Shown here: in pieces, positions 1-13,948 of the stretch
Layout: each line of letters begins with the position of its first letter
How positions within the stretch are numbered: the stretch's first letter is position 1
Source of the DNA: Neoechinorhynchus agilis
Taxonomy: Eukaryota > Animalia > Acanthocephala
Assembly: GCA_051530055.1 (NCBI GenBank)
Contig: CM121343.1
Span: 5,984,389 to 6,048,388, forward strand
Length of the DNA stretch: 64,000 nucleotides
Reading direction: 5' to 3'
Translations under genes and position numbers: made by a program
The notes under the pieces: model-generated
The model's input: only the letters and a program-made list of their open reading frames with translations
Told to the model about the DNA's origin: nothing
Databases searched by the model: none

Positions 1-387
1 GTATCGAAATATTCATTCGTTTTAAAGCGATCTCCTTCAGATGTTGACAAGCGACCTAAATAACAATAACTTTGCCTTCAACCGTCGATATTTTTACAGA
101 CGAAATTGCAAAAATTAAAATGTCATTGTTGTTACCATACAAATGCCTCGATCCGTCGCTCTACATTTTCCAACTTCTCTCCATTGAGACAATTGGCGCC
201 GCCGGACCAAGCAGAATTTTTAACTAAGGTTGGATAATGGTTTTATCAGAGAATCAGCGATTCAGAAAGGGAATGCATCCTCGAGGCAGTGGAGGGTAAA
301 GATATTTCGGCGTTGTCATTAAAACGCATATTAAAGAAAAAGGTTATAAAAATATAGATAAAATCCATCGGAATGATAAAGTTAGAA

Positions 388-511
388 GAGGTATTTGTTT
401 GAATTAAGAAATATTTCGAAAGGAGAACTCTCGCTTCGTAAGTCATGTAATTTTTTGTTTATTTGATAGGCTTCTTCTTTCGAAATATTTCTTAATTCAA
501 ACAAATACCTC
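388..511. repeat. Short fold-back element (~35-bp inverted arms containing GAAATATT)
   Basis: gaggtatttgtttgaattaagaaatatttcgaaag at 388 is the reverse complement of ctttcgaaatatttcttaattcaaacaaatacctc ending at 511. Confidence 0.8.
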
Positions 512-829
512 TAAACGGGTTGAAGGGAGAGTATTTTCATCCCAATTCTAATTAAATATTATAGTTTTCGAATAGATTTTCCAGTTAGAAGGCCAATGTG
601 CCAAGAATGGGTTTCTGAATTGTGAAGCACATGATGGTTGTAATTGTTAGTAGCGACTTCACAAAAGTGACGAACCCATAAAAGAAGGCACCACGTACAA
701 TTTTGCATTGCTCGTCATCCGTAATGGTGGAACTTCTTCGAGAAAAACTCATATCTCCAACGACGTTTGACATAGAGACTCCTATTTAATGCAAAAAATT
801 AAAAGACTAGAAATATGTCGATTACAAAC

Positions 830-1117
830 CGTGTTGTTGAACGAGTTGGCTGATTCCCATAGAAAACGCTTCAAGGTTGATGTTTCCAACGTCATCTGGG
901 TCAAGGGTGTTGACTATTCGTTCGATCTCCTAGGAAGGTTGGTCTAAATCAATTTCTTCGAACAACTAACCTCTTCGTTGTTTATATAGCTTTTGGCAAC
1001 CTCAATGAATCTAGCGATTCGTATGTGGCCGGTGTGTTCAACGTCACAAAAGTCGAAGATTTCTTTTATCTGACTCTGGAACACATCGCTCATTTGAGGA
1101 GCACCTTCATGTGGCAT
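830..1117 (-). CDS. RAB11FIP3/4 (Nuf)-like EF-hand protein, first two exons (971-1117, 830-929); gene continues toward position 1
   Basis: Spliced translation MPHEGAPQMSDVFQSQIKEIFDFCDVEHTGHIRIARFIEVAKSYINNEE|EIERIVNTLDPDDVGNINLEAFSMGI matches the paired EF-hand N-terminus of class II Rab11-FIPs; 41-nt GT-AG intron. Downstream exons not resolved. Confidence 0.7.
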
Positions 1118-2111
1118 GGAAGCAACTCTGAAATGAGAATTGTTCTGCACGAAAGTATTGTTAAGCTTTTGGACGGTTTTCAGTTAGCCAAAATATACCG
1201 GGAGGGTTGCGTGCTAATATTCTCAACAATAACCGTTATCAACGAAGCAAAAACATTTCCAATGAATATTTTCATGCACAATGCGGTTAGAGGCGATAAG
1301 AGTGACCTCGGTTCCCTTATGTGGGAAGATAATTCCTGTCAGATAATGTTTTCGGAGATATAAATCCATATTTCGTCCTTTTATTGGGGAAAAAAGGTAA
1401 TAACTATCAATGCCGATCTTTAAATTAATTCTTATTATGAAAAAAGCAGAAATTTCAAGTCCAATCATTCCTGCAAATATATAATCATGTATTTTTGGGA
1501 AATAAAAATAGAGATTGATTTCGTTAGACTTCTTCAGGTTGTAAATTAAGAGGAAGTCCGATGAAATATTCAGATGAATAACCTTTTTATTTGAGGTGAT
1601 TTATGAGGACGTCAACTTTGTGAACGCAAACATATAAACGATTTCTAAAAAAATGTAGAATAAATTCGGGATTATTATAAGACCTCGTAAAGCCGAAAAG
1701 TGTCTAGGGAATATTTAAGGAGATTCGGTATCCGCAGATGAAACGTTAAAATGTCGAAAATTCCCATTTCCGTCTATTTACGCCAGCTCATTAGCGAATG
1801 AGACAATGAATCTTCTAGATGTTCACAGTTGCTTTACAATGAATGTTTATTCTCTTACACCAACAAGTGCCGCCGAAAATAGCATTCATATAGGCTGAGT
1901 GGTTGACGGAATTCTGCTTACAAACAAAAAGGCGTTTTGCTTACACTACGGAAACAAGTAGATTATTTAATTCAGAGCCCGTTATGTATTGGGCCCTAAA
2001 GATGGTCGCCGCCATTAAATACGCGATCTATTGGCATTAATCTGTGCTTATACAAAGACGCAAATGGAAAAACAAGTACGTGGCACACACGAATCGATTT
2101 TCGGTTTGGAA

Positions 2112-4660
2112 CCATTTGCTCCGTGCGGATAATAAAAAATATTTTGAACTGAGATATTTCGAACGGGAAGAGAAGGGAATCTATTCGGTCATCAGTAATT
2201 ATATAGCTCGTCTTTAGATTAAAATTAATTGAAGACGTTTGCTTCGTGTGGATAATAAAACATATTTTGAATTGAGATATTTCGAACTGGAAGGGGAGTC
2301 TTTTCGGTCATCAGGAATTATAAAGTCCGTCTTTAGATTAAAATTAATTGAAGACGTTTGCCTCGTGTGGATAATAAAAAATATTTTGAATTGAGATATT
2401 TCGAACTGGAAGGGGAGTCTATTCGGTCATCAGTAATTATAAAGTTCGTCTTTAGATTAAAATTAATTGAAGACGTTTGCCTCGTGTGGATAATAAAAAA
2501 TATTTTGAATTGAGATATTTCGAACTGGAAGGGGAGTCTTTTCGGTCATCAGGAATTATAAAGTTCGTCTTTAGATTAAAATTAATTGAAGACGTTTGCC
2601 TCGTGTGGATAATAAAAAATATTTTGAATTGAGATATTTCGAACTGGAAGGGGAGTCTTTTCGGTCATCAGGAATTATAAAGTTCGTCTTTAGATTAAAA
2701 TTAATTGAAGACGTTTGCCTCGTGTGGATAATAAAAAATATTTTGAATTGAGATATTTCGAACTGGAAGGGGAGTCTTTTCGGTCATCAGGAATTATAAA
2801 GTTCGTCTTTAGATTAAAATTAATTGAAGACGTTTGCCTCGTGTGGATAATAAAACATATTTTGAATTGAAATATTTCGAACTGGAAGGGGAGTCTATTC
2901 GGTCATCAGGAATTATAAAGTTCGTCTTTAGATTAAAATTAATTGAAGACGTTTGCCTCGTGTGGATAATAAAAAATATTTTGAATTGAGATATTTCGAA
3001 CTGGAAGGGGAGTCTATTCGGTCATCAGTAATTATAAAGTTCGTCTTTAGATTAAAATTAATTGAAGACGTTTGCTTCGTGTGGATAATAAAACATATTT
3101 TGAATTGAAATATTTCGAACGGGAAGGGGAGTCTATTCGGTCATCAGGAATTATAAAGTTCGTCTTTAGATTAAAATTAATTGAAGACGTTTGCCTCGTG
3201 TGGATAATAAAAAATATTTTGAATTGAGATATTTCGAACTGGAAGGGGAGTCTTTTCGGTCATCAGGAATTATAAAGTCCGTCTTTAGATTAAAATTAAT
3301 TGAAGACGTTTGCCTCGTGTGGATAATAAAACATATTTTGAATTGAGATATTTCGAACTGGAAGGGGAGTCTTTTCGGTCATCAGGAATTATAAAGTTCG
3401 TCTTTAGATTAAAATTAATTGAAGACGTTTGCCTCGTGTGGATAATAAAACATATTTTGAATTGAGATATTTCGAACTGGAAGGGGAGTCTTTTCGGTCA
3501 TCAGGAATTATAAAGTTCGTCTTTAGATTAAAATTAATTGAAGACGTTTGCCTCGTGTGGATAATAAAACATATTTTGAATTGAGATATTTCGAACTGGA
3601 AGGGGAGTCTATTCGGTCATCAGGAATTATAAAGTTCGTCTTTAGATTAAAATTAATTGAAGACGTTTGCCTCGTGTGGATAATAAAAAATATTTTGAAT
3701 TGAGATATTTCGAACTGGAAGGGGAGTCTTTTCGGTCATCAGGAATTATAAAGTCCGTCTTTAGATTAAAATTAATTGAAGACGTTTGCTTCGTGTGGAT
3801 AATAAAACATATTTTGAATTGAAATATTTCGAACGGGAAGGGGAGTCTATTCGGTCATCAGGAATTATATAGCTCGTCTTTAGATTAAAATTAATTGAAG
3901 ACGTTTGCCTCGTGTGGATAATAAAAAATATTTTGAATTGAGATATTTCGAACTGGAAGGGGAGTCTTTTCGGTCATCAGGAATTATAAAGTCGTCTTTA
4001 GATTAAAATTAATTGAAGACGTTTGCTCGTGTGGATAATAAAAATATTTTGAATTGAATATTTCGAACTGGAAGAGTCTATTCGGTCATCAGTAATTATA
4101 AAGTTCGTCTTTAGATTAAAATTAATTGAAGACGTTTGCCTCGTGTGGATAATAAAACATATTTTGAATTGAAATATTTCGAACTGGAAATTGAGTCTTT
4201 TCGGTCATCAGGAATTATAAAGTTCGTCTTTAGATTAAAATTAATTGAAGACGTTTGCCTCGTGTGGATAATAAAACATATTTTGAATTGAGATATTTCG
4301 AACTGGAAGGGGAGTCTTTTCGGTCATCAGGAATTATAAAGTTCGTCTTTAGATTAAAATTAATTGAAGACGTTTGCCTCGTGTGGATAATAAAACATAT
4401 TTTGAATTGAAATATTTCGAACTGGAAGGGGAGTCTTTTCGGTCATCAGGAATTATAAAGTCCGTCTTTAGATTAAAATTAATTGAAGACGTTTGCTTCG
4501 TGTGGATAATAAAACATATTTTGAATTGAAATATTTCGAACTGGAAGGGGAGTCTATTCGGTCATCAGGAATTATACAGTTCGTCTTTAGATTAAAATTA
4601 ATTGAAGACGTTTGCTTCGTGTGGATAATAAAAAATATTTTGAATTGAGATAATTCGAAA
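2112..4660. repeat. Tandem satellite 1, 119-bp unit, about 21 copies
   Basis: Unit gtggataataaaa..gagatatttcgaactggaaggggagtcttttcggtcatcaggaattataaagttcgtctttagattaaaattaattgaagacgtttgcctcgt recurs every 119 bp. Confidence 0.97.
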
Positions 4661-5654
4661 ATAACAACAATTGAAAAGGAAATGGGTTTTTTTGCGACTA
4701 AGCGTTCACAAACAGCATTTTCTTTAGATATATCAAAATATTTTATACTCTCGGTGGGGGGGGGGAGGGTGGTGTCCACACGTTTTTATCACACGCGCGC
4801 ACTGAATGATTTTCGGTTCAATATCAAAGAACGTTTAATTTTTGAGATATTCATTGTGAAATAGGGTGAGATGTTAGAAGAAACGAGAGGTTAGGTAAGA
4901 TGAGGGCGAGAGCGAGCGAAATCAACGGAGCTAAATGTGAAAAAAGCGTTACGTGCGAACAAGTTGCTTTTTTGTTGCAGTGGCTCGTTGAATCATTTAC
5001 GAGCAGCAGCTATATAGATAGATGATAGATACACACAAAGCCGAACAAAAAGAGAGGTAGACGCAAGCGCGTTTTCGAATTCTTTTTGTGAGATTGAGTT
5101 TTAATCGTCTTTGAAATGAAGCATGGCAGCAATTCCAGTGAGAGGTCTTCCTAATATTGATTTAAGCCGCACACCTAATGAAGGTACACGCGCACTCCGT
5201 CGCTCACCGCCCCCCCCACGCACACAACGCGCCTATGAGCGGCGTGTCGTTTCGCTAGATTTTGTCTCTTACGCTATTTCCGCCTCCAGCGCCGCACCAC
5301 TCCACATACCACTTGGCTGTCATTTTAACACATATAAGATTCCAGCGTTTGAAGGATGAGAAATGGTCCATAATCTTAGATTCCGGAGATATCACACTAC
5401 TAAATCTGAACTGTCATCAGGTAGTGGTGATTAAGAACTATAGGAAATGCCCTAAAGGAACCAACGACATCTACACACACAACGGGAGATGCTTTTGTTA
5501 TCATTTTGAAGAAATGCGAGAGTTAGAAATCAGGAGGATGTCTGTTACACACAAAACACAATCGAAATGACCGTCACGTTTTTAGTTGTTAAATATTATT
5601 GTATCAGTAGTTATGGATAACAACGGTCATCCGCTCCATGCGGATTATTCCTCG

Positions 5655-6370
5655 TTACATAACCTTTCTCATTTGTCCAGCCTGAAAGTATTCGTGGTAA
5701 GGTTTACGGCATTTGGATGACATTTTCCTCAAAGAAGAACAAGCAACTCCAGCCACTCGACTCATCGTAACCTTCATCCCATCAATCGACTCGTCGCATA
5801 ATTGACCACAATAGCGTCTCAAGTAGTCTGTAGGGTGACTCGTACTGGAATCTCGGGTGAAATCCGACTCAAATTTCGTTACTCGCTTCTTCACGATCCC
5901 CGTCAATCGTTTATTCCGCATTATTGCTGCATCCTCTTCAATGTCATTCCACTCGTTATCCTTGGTAGCGTCATTAAGGGTCTCAAGGCTATAAAAAACA
6001 GTGTGACTATCATCACTGCAATGTCGGTGATGGGATTTTGTCGATGAATCACGAGCTGTAAAATAACACGTCTGATTACTTTTTATTGATTCATCGATTC
6101 CTTGTCTTGCCATTGACTCGGTTGATCGACTAAGATTCCGAGAAATCGATCGAAACTCATCATTGTTCCTTTCGGTGCCAATAGATGCTTCAACACTTGT
6201 CCACTTCGTTCGGTTTGTCTTTTTAGTCGTCACGACCTTGCACAAGACGCACTTAAACAATTGAGGAGGCTCTTTTCCCTGTTCCATTTCACAATTTCGA
6301 CCTCTTCTACTCTGATACCATCGCCCATTACCAGCGAACATTGTTGCAACTGACGAGTGAACGATTCTGA
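5655..6370 (-). CDS. Long exon of an unidentified Ser/Thr/Arg-rich protein
   Basis: Part of a 263-codon open frame, with a plausible acceptor (tttttatttcag) near 6370. No recognisable domain. Confidence 0.45.
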
Positions 6371-7259
6371 AATAAAAACACTGGATGATCAGGACTAATG
6401 CCAATTTTTTAACTAAAATACGACGACAAATTTCACACTCTGACAAAATGCAAAGATAACCTTAGAAAACGCAGCGTATAGTCCTCACCAATCTATAAGC
6501 AAATCAAAGTGTTTAAATTGGTTTAAGCAAATCACGCCTCGATCAAAACCATTTTACACATCCACGTTATTTACGAAACCTTCAAATGCAATTTTCAAAT
6601 CTATTACTAATCACATTTTACGGGAATAATAGAAAATCAATATAACTATTAATAAAAACTACGACTGACTATCTAAATAACGTCAAAAGTACGATTCTGA
6701 ATGTTCAATGAAGTAAACATGATGCAGAGCTACAAATAAATTCGCGATAATTTTCCAGTGACCGATTGCATTTAATTTTTGAGGATACTTCGACCTTCAA
6801 ACACAGTCAACCACTGAAAAATTAAAGTGAATCATTTTAGGTAAGGAAACCCCGTCACATATTCGTGAAACGAGAATGTTCACTGGGAACCTTTGTGAGC
6901 GACGAAGATTCATCTTCTGAGAATTGTAAAGTGCGAGTAGAGCTCTACTGGTAGAAAACAAAGTTTAAATTCTAACCAAAAACAGCATCAAAGAAAACTT
7001 AACTTTAAGCTTCTCCAGGGCTCATTGACACGAAGTGGATCGTAACAAGCCGAGTCAATGAGCATAAACTCGACCCCAATCGTAAGCAAGGATAGCGGGA
7101 AGAAGTCCAACCTTGCGGTGACCCCTTCTTCTAACCGTAAAGTTATTGGTAATGTTCGATTTCAGATAGTCTTAATATCAACTAATACCTTTCCTCCTAT
7201 GTTCATCCGAGTTTAATCATCGCTTCAAATCGTAACCTGGAATGAAAGAAGAAAATGTC

Positions 7260-10200
7260 CAGCTTTACGGACACGACCTCGACGGCGGCGAGATCATTAA
7301 ACTAATAGATTTTGATTAAATAGCCAATTAATACCATAAATGGATTCTGTTTAGGTTATTCTTGAACTATTTTGAACTTCTTGATATTTCCCTTCTTAAA
7401 AAAGACAACCTTCACGAATGAAACAGATCATAAAATTAAAACTTTGTCCTGTTCGCGACTTCGACGGGCGTCGAGATAATTAGACTAATAGATTTTGGTT
7501 AAATAGCCAATTAATACCATAAATGGATTCTGTTTAGGTTATTCTTGAACTATTTTGAACTTCTTGATATTTCCCTTCTTAAAAAAGACAACCTTCACGA
7601 ATGAAACAGATCATAAAATTAAAACTTTGCCCTGGGCTCCACTTCGACGGGCGTCGAGATAATTAGACTAATAGATTTTGGTTAAATAGCCAATTAATAC
7701 CATAAATGGATTCTGTTTAGGTTATTCTTGAACTATTTTGAACTTCTTGATATTTCCCTTCTTAAAAAAGACAACCTTCACGAATGAAACAGATCATAAA
7801 ATTAAAACTTTGTCCTGTTCGCGACTTCGACGGGCGTCGAGATAATTAGACTAATAGATTTTGGTTAAATAGCCAATTAATACCATAAATGGATTCTGTT
7901 TAGGTTATTCTTGAACTATTTTGAACTTCTTGATATTTCCCTTCTTAAAAAAGACAACCTTCACGAATGAAACAGATCATAAAATTAAAACTTTGTCCTG
8001 TTCGCGACTTCGACGGGCGTCGAGATAATTAGACTAATAGATTTTGGTTAAATAGCCAATTAATACCATAAATGGATTCTGTTTAGGTTATTCTTGAACT
8101 ATTTTGAACTTCTTGATATTTCCCTTCTTAAAAAAGACAACCTTCACGAATGAAACAGATCATAAAATTAAAACTTTGCCCTGGGCTCCACTTCGACGGG
8201 CGTCGAGATAATTAGACTAATAGATTTTGGTTAAATAGCCAATTAATACCATAAATGGATTCTGTTTAGGTTATTCTTGAACTATTTTGAACTTCTTGAT
8301 ATTTCCTTCTTAAAAAAGACAACCTTCACGAATGAAACAGATCATAAAATTAAAACTTTGTCCTGTTCGCGACTTCGACGGGCGTCGAGATAATTAGACT
8401 AATAGATTTTGGTTAAATAGCCAATTAATACCATAAATGGATTCTGTTTAGGTTATTCTTGAACTATTTTGAACTTTTGATATTTCCTTCTTAAAAAAGA
8501 CAACCTTCACGAATGAAACAGATCATAAAATTAAAACTTTGTCCTGTTCGCGACTTCGACGGGCGTCGAGATAATTAGACTAATAGATTTTGGTTAAATA
8601 GCCAATTAATACCATAAATGGATTCTGTTTAGGTTATTCTTGAACTATTTTGAACTTCTTGATATTTCCCTTCTTAAAAAAGACAACCTTCACGAATGAA
8701 ACAGATCATAAAATTAAAACTTTGTCCTGTTCGCGACTTCGACGGGCGTCGAGATAATTAGACTAATAGATTTTGGTTAAATAGCCAATTAATACCATAA
8801 ATGGATTCTGTTTAGGTTATTCTTGAACTATTTTGAACTTCTTGATATTTCCCTTCTTAAAAAAGACAACCTTCACGAATGAAACAGATCATAAAATTAA
8901 AACTTTGTCCTGGCTCCACTTCGACGGGCGTCGAGATAATTAGACTAATAGATTTTGGTTAAATAGCCAATTAATACCATAAATGGATTCTGTTTAGGTT
9001 ATTCTTGAACTATTTTGAACTTCTTGATATTTCCCTTCTTAAAAAAGACAACCTTCACGAATGAAACAGATCATAAAATTAAAACTTTGTCCTGTTCGCG
9101 ACTTCGACGGGCGTCGAGATAATTAGACTAATAGATTTTGGTTAAATAGCCAATTAATACCATAAATGGATTCTGTTTAGGTTATTCTTGAACTATTTTG
9201 AACTTCTTGATATTTCCCTTCTTAAAAAAGACAACCTTCACGAATGAAACAGATCATAAAATTAAAACTTTGTCCTGTTCGCGACTTCGACGGGCGTCGA
9301 GATAATTAGACTAATAGATTTTGGTTAAATAGCCAATTAATACCATAAATGGATTCTGTTTAGGTTATTCTTGAACTATTTTGAACTTCTTGATATTTCC
9401 CTTCTTAAAAAAGACAACCTTCACGAATGAAACAGATCATAAAATTAAAACTTTGCCCTGGGCTCCACTTCGACGGGCGTCGAGATAATTAGACTAATAG
9501 ATTTTGGTTAAATAGCCAATTAATACCATAAATGGATTCTGTTTAGGTTATTCTTGAACTATTTTGAACTTCTTGATATTTCCCTTCTTAAAAAAGACAA
9601 CCTTCACGAATGAAACAGATCATAAAATTAAAACTTTGTCCTGTTCGCGACTTCGACGGGCGTCGAGATAATTAGACTAATAGATTTTGGTTAAATAGCC
9701 AATTAATACCATAAATGGATTCTGTTTAGGTTATTCTTGAACTATTTTGAACTTCTTGATATTTCCCTTCTTAAAAAAGACAACCTTCACGAATGAAACA
9801 GATCATAAAATTAAAACTTTGCCCTGGGCTCCACTTCGACGGGCGTCGAGATAATTAGACTAATAGATTTTGGTTAAATAGCCAATTAATACCATAAATG
9901 GATTCTGTTTAGGTTATTCTTGAACTATTTTGAACTTCTTGATATTTCCCTTCTTAAAAAAGACAACCTTCACGAATGAAACAGATCATAAAATTAAAAC
10001 TTTGCCCTCCACTTCGACGGGCGTCGAGATATTAACTAATAGATTTTGTAATAGCCAATTAATCCATAAATGATTCTGTTAGGTTATTCTGAACTATTTT
10101 GAACTTCTTGATATTTCCCTTCTTAAAAAAGACACCTTCAGAATGAAACAGATCATAAAATTAAAACTTTGCCCTGGGCTCCACTTCGACGGGCGTCGAG

Positions 10201-10545
10201 ATAATTAGACTAATAGATTTTAGTTAAATAGCCAATTAATGCCATAAATGTATTCTGCTTAGGTTATTCCTGAACTATTTTGAACTTCTTGATATTTCCC
10301 TTCTAAAAAAAGACTACCTTCATGAATGAAACAGATCATAAAATTAAAACTTTGCCCTGGGCTCCACTTCGACGGGCGTCGAGATAATTAGACTAATAGA
10401 TTTTAGTTAAATAGCCAATTAATACCATAAATGGATTCTGTTTAGGTTATTATTGAACTATTTTGAACTTCTTGATATTGCCCTTAAAAAAGACAACCTT
10501 CACGAATGAAACAGATCATAAAATTAAAACTTTGCCCTACTGTGA
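7260..10545. repeat. Tandem satellite 2, 183-bp unit, about 18 copies, two sequence variants
   Basis: Register of aaaactttg shifts by 183 bp per copy; unit contains the hairpin tcgacg-gg-cgtcga; variants gtcctgttcgcgac vs gccctgggctccac. Confidence 0.97.
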
Positions 10546-11794
10546 TAAGATTAATTTCGTACCGAATAGTTTCGCTGGGCAGAATCAGTCTAAATCATTG
10601 ATTACTCACATAAACTTAATCCACGTTGAATATGAACATTTTGCGCATGTGGTCCAGTTAGAAAAGTTTATTGAGAAATCAACATTTACAAACTTTCCTA
10701 ATCGAATCACGGGTCGAACTCCATTGCATGAATCTATAAATAATCGGGATATTAAGCCGCCAAACATGTGATCGTTAGTGATCGCTACTGAATCAATCTA
10801 AGCAATTCAAACCGAAGGGCAATTTAAAAATTTGTCTGTGCCGCCGGAACCACCCTTTTGGCACTAATCTATTTTCCACTATAAATTTTCTTTTGATCAT
10901 GCTCGATACAAATATTTCTTCATTGACTGAATGCAGAGTTTGTAGAAACCTCTCAATTGATGAAACTACCAAGAACAATAGGAAATTTGTGTTTTCTAAG
11001 ATATTCTTTTCTGAGCAATAAATGCATGCGCGATACGAGAGTTCCCTATTGTTGTCTTAGAGGATATAAACCTTGGGAGTAGGTTATAAAAATGTATTAA
11101 CGTGTAGTTTACAAATTGGAACTTTTAGGAACCTTTCAGAATAATTTCCGTGTGAACGATTGCATTTTTGTTTTGTTTTAGGAAATGGTGATTTCGATCG
11201 ACAAAATTTAATTTGAAGTTCGGAATTGCCGTCAGCCAGAGACCTCTATTTCAACTACCAATTTAAATTCGTGATGGTTTTCGGTTATGGTTTCCGCAAG
11301 TATTTCAGCCGAATGCGTCATCTAGGATTCGTTTTGGTAAAACGAAGTGGTAAAGTTACGGAATGGTTTAGAGAGATTTGTATTTTGGTGTATCTATACG
11401 CCATGCGAATTCTGATCTCGACAAAATGTCAATTGAAATATCAGTAATTTCCGATCTAACCAACACATTCTGTGCATCGTCTTTTACCAGAAATGGCACA
11501 AAACCCCATAAGTATGTACGAGACATGACATCCAAAAGGAAGTCGTTTTTCGTTAGCAGCACTCCCTTCTCTGCTATGCGATACATTTGCCTTTGCACTG
11601 CAGTCGGCATTCGAGGCTGTAGTTTGGGCATTGTTTTTGGCCATAGAATAAAGGAAACTTTGCATGCATTACATTGCGATGCTCCATTGTTAAAGTTTAT
11701 TAACGATTAAAACTTTAATATCAAAGATACCGTCTCTTTGTCAATACAAACTTTTCTATTTATCGTGTCATTAATTTATTATAAAAACACTTTA

Positions 11795-13325
11795 TGACTA
11801 CATTCACATCATTTTAGTTATTTTGTAATGTTTATTATTTGATTCAATGCGATCCCATTTTTCTCTATGATCCACGTTTACCAGCTTCCAATTTGGTGGC
11901 CCAAGGAACGTACTTTCGAAAAAACCCAAGTCAAACACGGTAAAAACTATACTGATGAATGCAGATCTGACCATGAATTTATCATTGCAATCGAATAAGA
12001 CTACTTTCGGACAAATACGGAAACTAAGACGTTTAAGATCCTTGGACTTTACGGCTTCCTCTATTATCCGCTTTCAGAGTGAAATACATTTGAAGATACT
12101 TCACTTGAAACATTCACCTCATTTTAGTTATTTTTTTATTATTGTATTCGATGCGATCCCATTTTTCTCTATGATCCACGTTTACCAGCTTCCAATTTGG
12201 TGGCCCAAGGAACGTACTTTCGAAAAAACCCAAGTCAAACACGGTAAAAACTATACTGATGAATGCAGATCTGACCATGATTTTATCATTGCAATCGAAT
12301 AAGACTACTTTCGGACAAATACGGAAACTAAGACGTCTAAGATCCTTGGACTTTACGGCTTCCTCTATTATCCGCTTTCAGAGTGAAATACATTTGAAGA
12401 TACTTCACTTGAAACATTCACCTCATTTTAGTTATTTTTTTATTATTTTATTCAATGCGATCCCATTTTTCTCTATGATCCACGTTTACCAGCTTCCAAT
12501 TTGGTGGCCCAAGGAACGTACTTTCGAAAAAACCCAAGTCAAACACGGTAAAAACTATACTGATGAATGCAGATCTGACCATGATTTTATCATTGCAATC
12601 GAATAAGACTACTTTCGGACAAATACGGAAACTAAGACGTCTAAGATCCTTGGACTTTACGGCTTCCTCTATTATCCGCTTTCAGAGTGAAATACATTTG
12701 AAGATACTTCACTTCAAACATTCACCTCATTTTAGTTATTTTGTAATGTTTATTATTTGATTCAATGCGATCCCATTTTTCTCTATGATCCACGTTTACC
12801 AGCTTCCAATTCGGTGGCCCAAGGAACGTACTTTCGAAAAAACCCAAGTCAAACACGGTAAAAACTATACTGATGAATGCAGATCTGACCATGATTTTAT
12901 CATTGCAATCGAATAAGACTACTTTCGGACAAATACGGAAACTAAGACGTCTAAGATCCTTGGACTTTACGGCTTCCTCTTTATCCGCTTTCAGAGTGAA
13001 ATACATTTGAAGATACTTCACTTAAACATTCACCTCATTTTAGTTATTTTTTTATTATTGTATTCGATGCGATCCCATTTTTCTCTATGATCCACGTTTA
13101 CCAGCTTCCAATTTGGTGGCCCAAGGAACGTACTTTCGAGAAATCCCAAGTCAAACACGGTAAAAACTATACTGATGAATGCAGATCTGACCATGATTTT
13201 ATAATTGCAATCGAATAAGACTACTTTCGGACAAATACGGAAACTAAGACGTCTAAGATCCTTGGACTTTACGGCTTCCTCTATTATCCGCTTTCAGAGT
13301 GAAATACATTTGAAGATACCCCACT
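11795..13325. repeat. Tandem satellite 3, 304-bp unit, about 5 copies
   Basis: Near-identical ORF-track entries start at 11955, 12259 and 12563 (304-bp period). Confidence 0.95.
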
Positions 13326-13678
13326 TCTTCATGTTTACAAATGTTTTCCCATCTTATCTTTCGATCTCACATTTCGAATAAAATGAAAGTTTAAATTTTA
13401 AATTTTGTTTTTACATTGAGAGTGCGATTAGTTTAAGAAACATATTAGTGCCTCCACCACCTTAGAAAGGATATTTTGAATATTGATTTGATGTCATTAA
13501 TCTTAACTAAGATCATCATTGCTCAACCGTCAGATGTTAAAGTCGCATGCACCAAATGTTGCCATACTCGATGAGTGATGTTAAATTTTATATTTATGAG
13601 GCAGACGGCATTTGGAAGCAGTTTAAAATTTACATCTCCAAAGACTTCTCAGTGTTCGAGAGTCAACTCAGATACAAC

Positions 13679-13948
13679 ATGAAATCAGTACTCCTACTTC
13701 ATCTATGTATCCTGGTAGCAACAATGGTTCACCTCGTGAGTGTATCGGCTCATAGTGTTAAACCAAAGCGCCTTAGAAACTGCGAAGGTGAAGAATTTCT
13801 TGTCACAAAGAAGCATGATTGTAACCTGCGTGCATGCTCGGCAAGAGTACCCGGAAACTATATGCGCTATGAGTATAGGATGTCCCAAGGAAAGCGGTAT
13901 TGTACTTGCCTAGGATGTGATGTCATCTATAATCACCCACAAGTATGA
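13679..13948 (+). CDS. Small secreted cysteine-rich peptide precursor (89 aa)
   Basis: MKSVLLLHLCILVATMVHLVSVSA signal-like segment, KPKR dibasic site, then a mature region with 6 Cys (C-x12-C-x4-C-x21-C-x-C-x2-C); single exon. Confidence 0.7.
   Translation: MKSVLLLHLCILVATMVHLVSVSAHSVKPKRLRNCEGEEFLVTKKHDCNLRACSARVPGNYMRYEYRMSQGKRYCTCLGCDVIYNHPQV

Noticed and set aside
3960-4090. Locally degenerate satellite monomers (also 9990-10150)
   Set aside because: Clustered 1-2 nt deletions look like low-quality consensus rather than biology; noted as support for indel errors elsewhere.
4753-4775. G-run as a regulatory G-quadruplex
   Set aside because: Single short run at a satellite edge with no supporting context.
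10560-11760. Probable small-exon host genes here and at ~14.0-14.4, 15.7-16.4, 27.0-27.7, 30.6-31.2, 36-38 and 47.4-48.5 kb
   Set aside because: Splice-like signals and partial frames are visible, but I could not assemble or identify products with enough support.
11953-12010. CTGATGA in satellite 3 as a hammerhead
   Set aside because: Followed by GAAT rather than GAAA, with no convincing helix I or III.
11955-13021. Repeated 115-aa ORFs (MNADLT..)
   Set aside because: They are by-products of the 304-bp satellite, which is not a multiple of 3, and show no domain signal.
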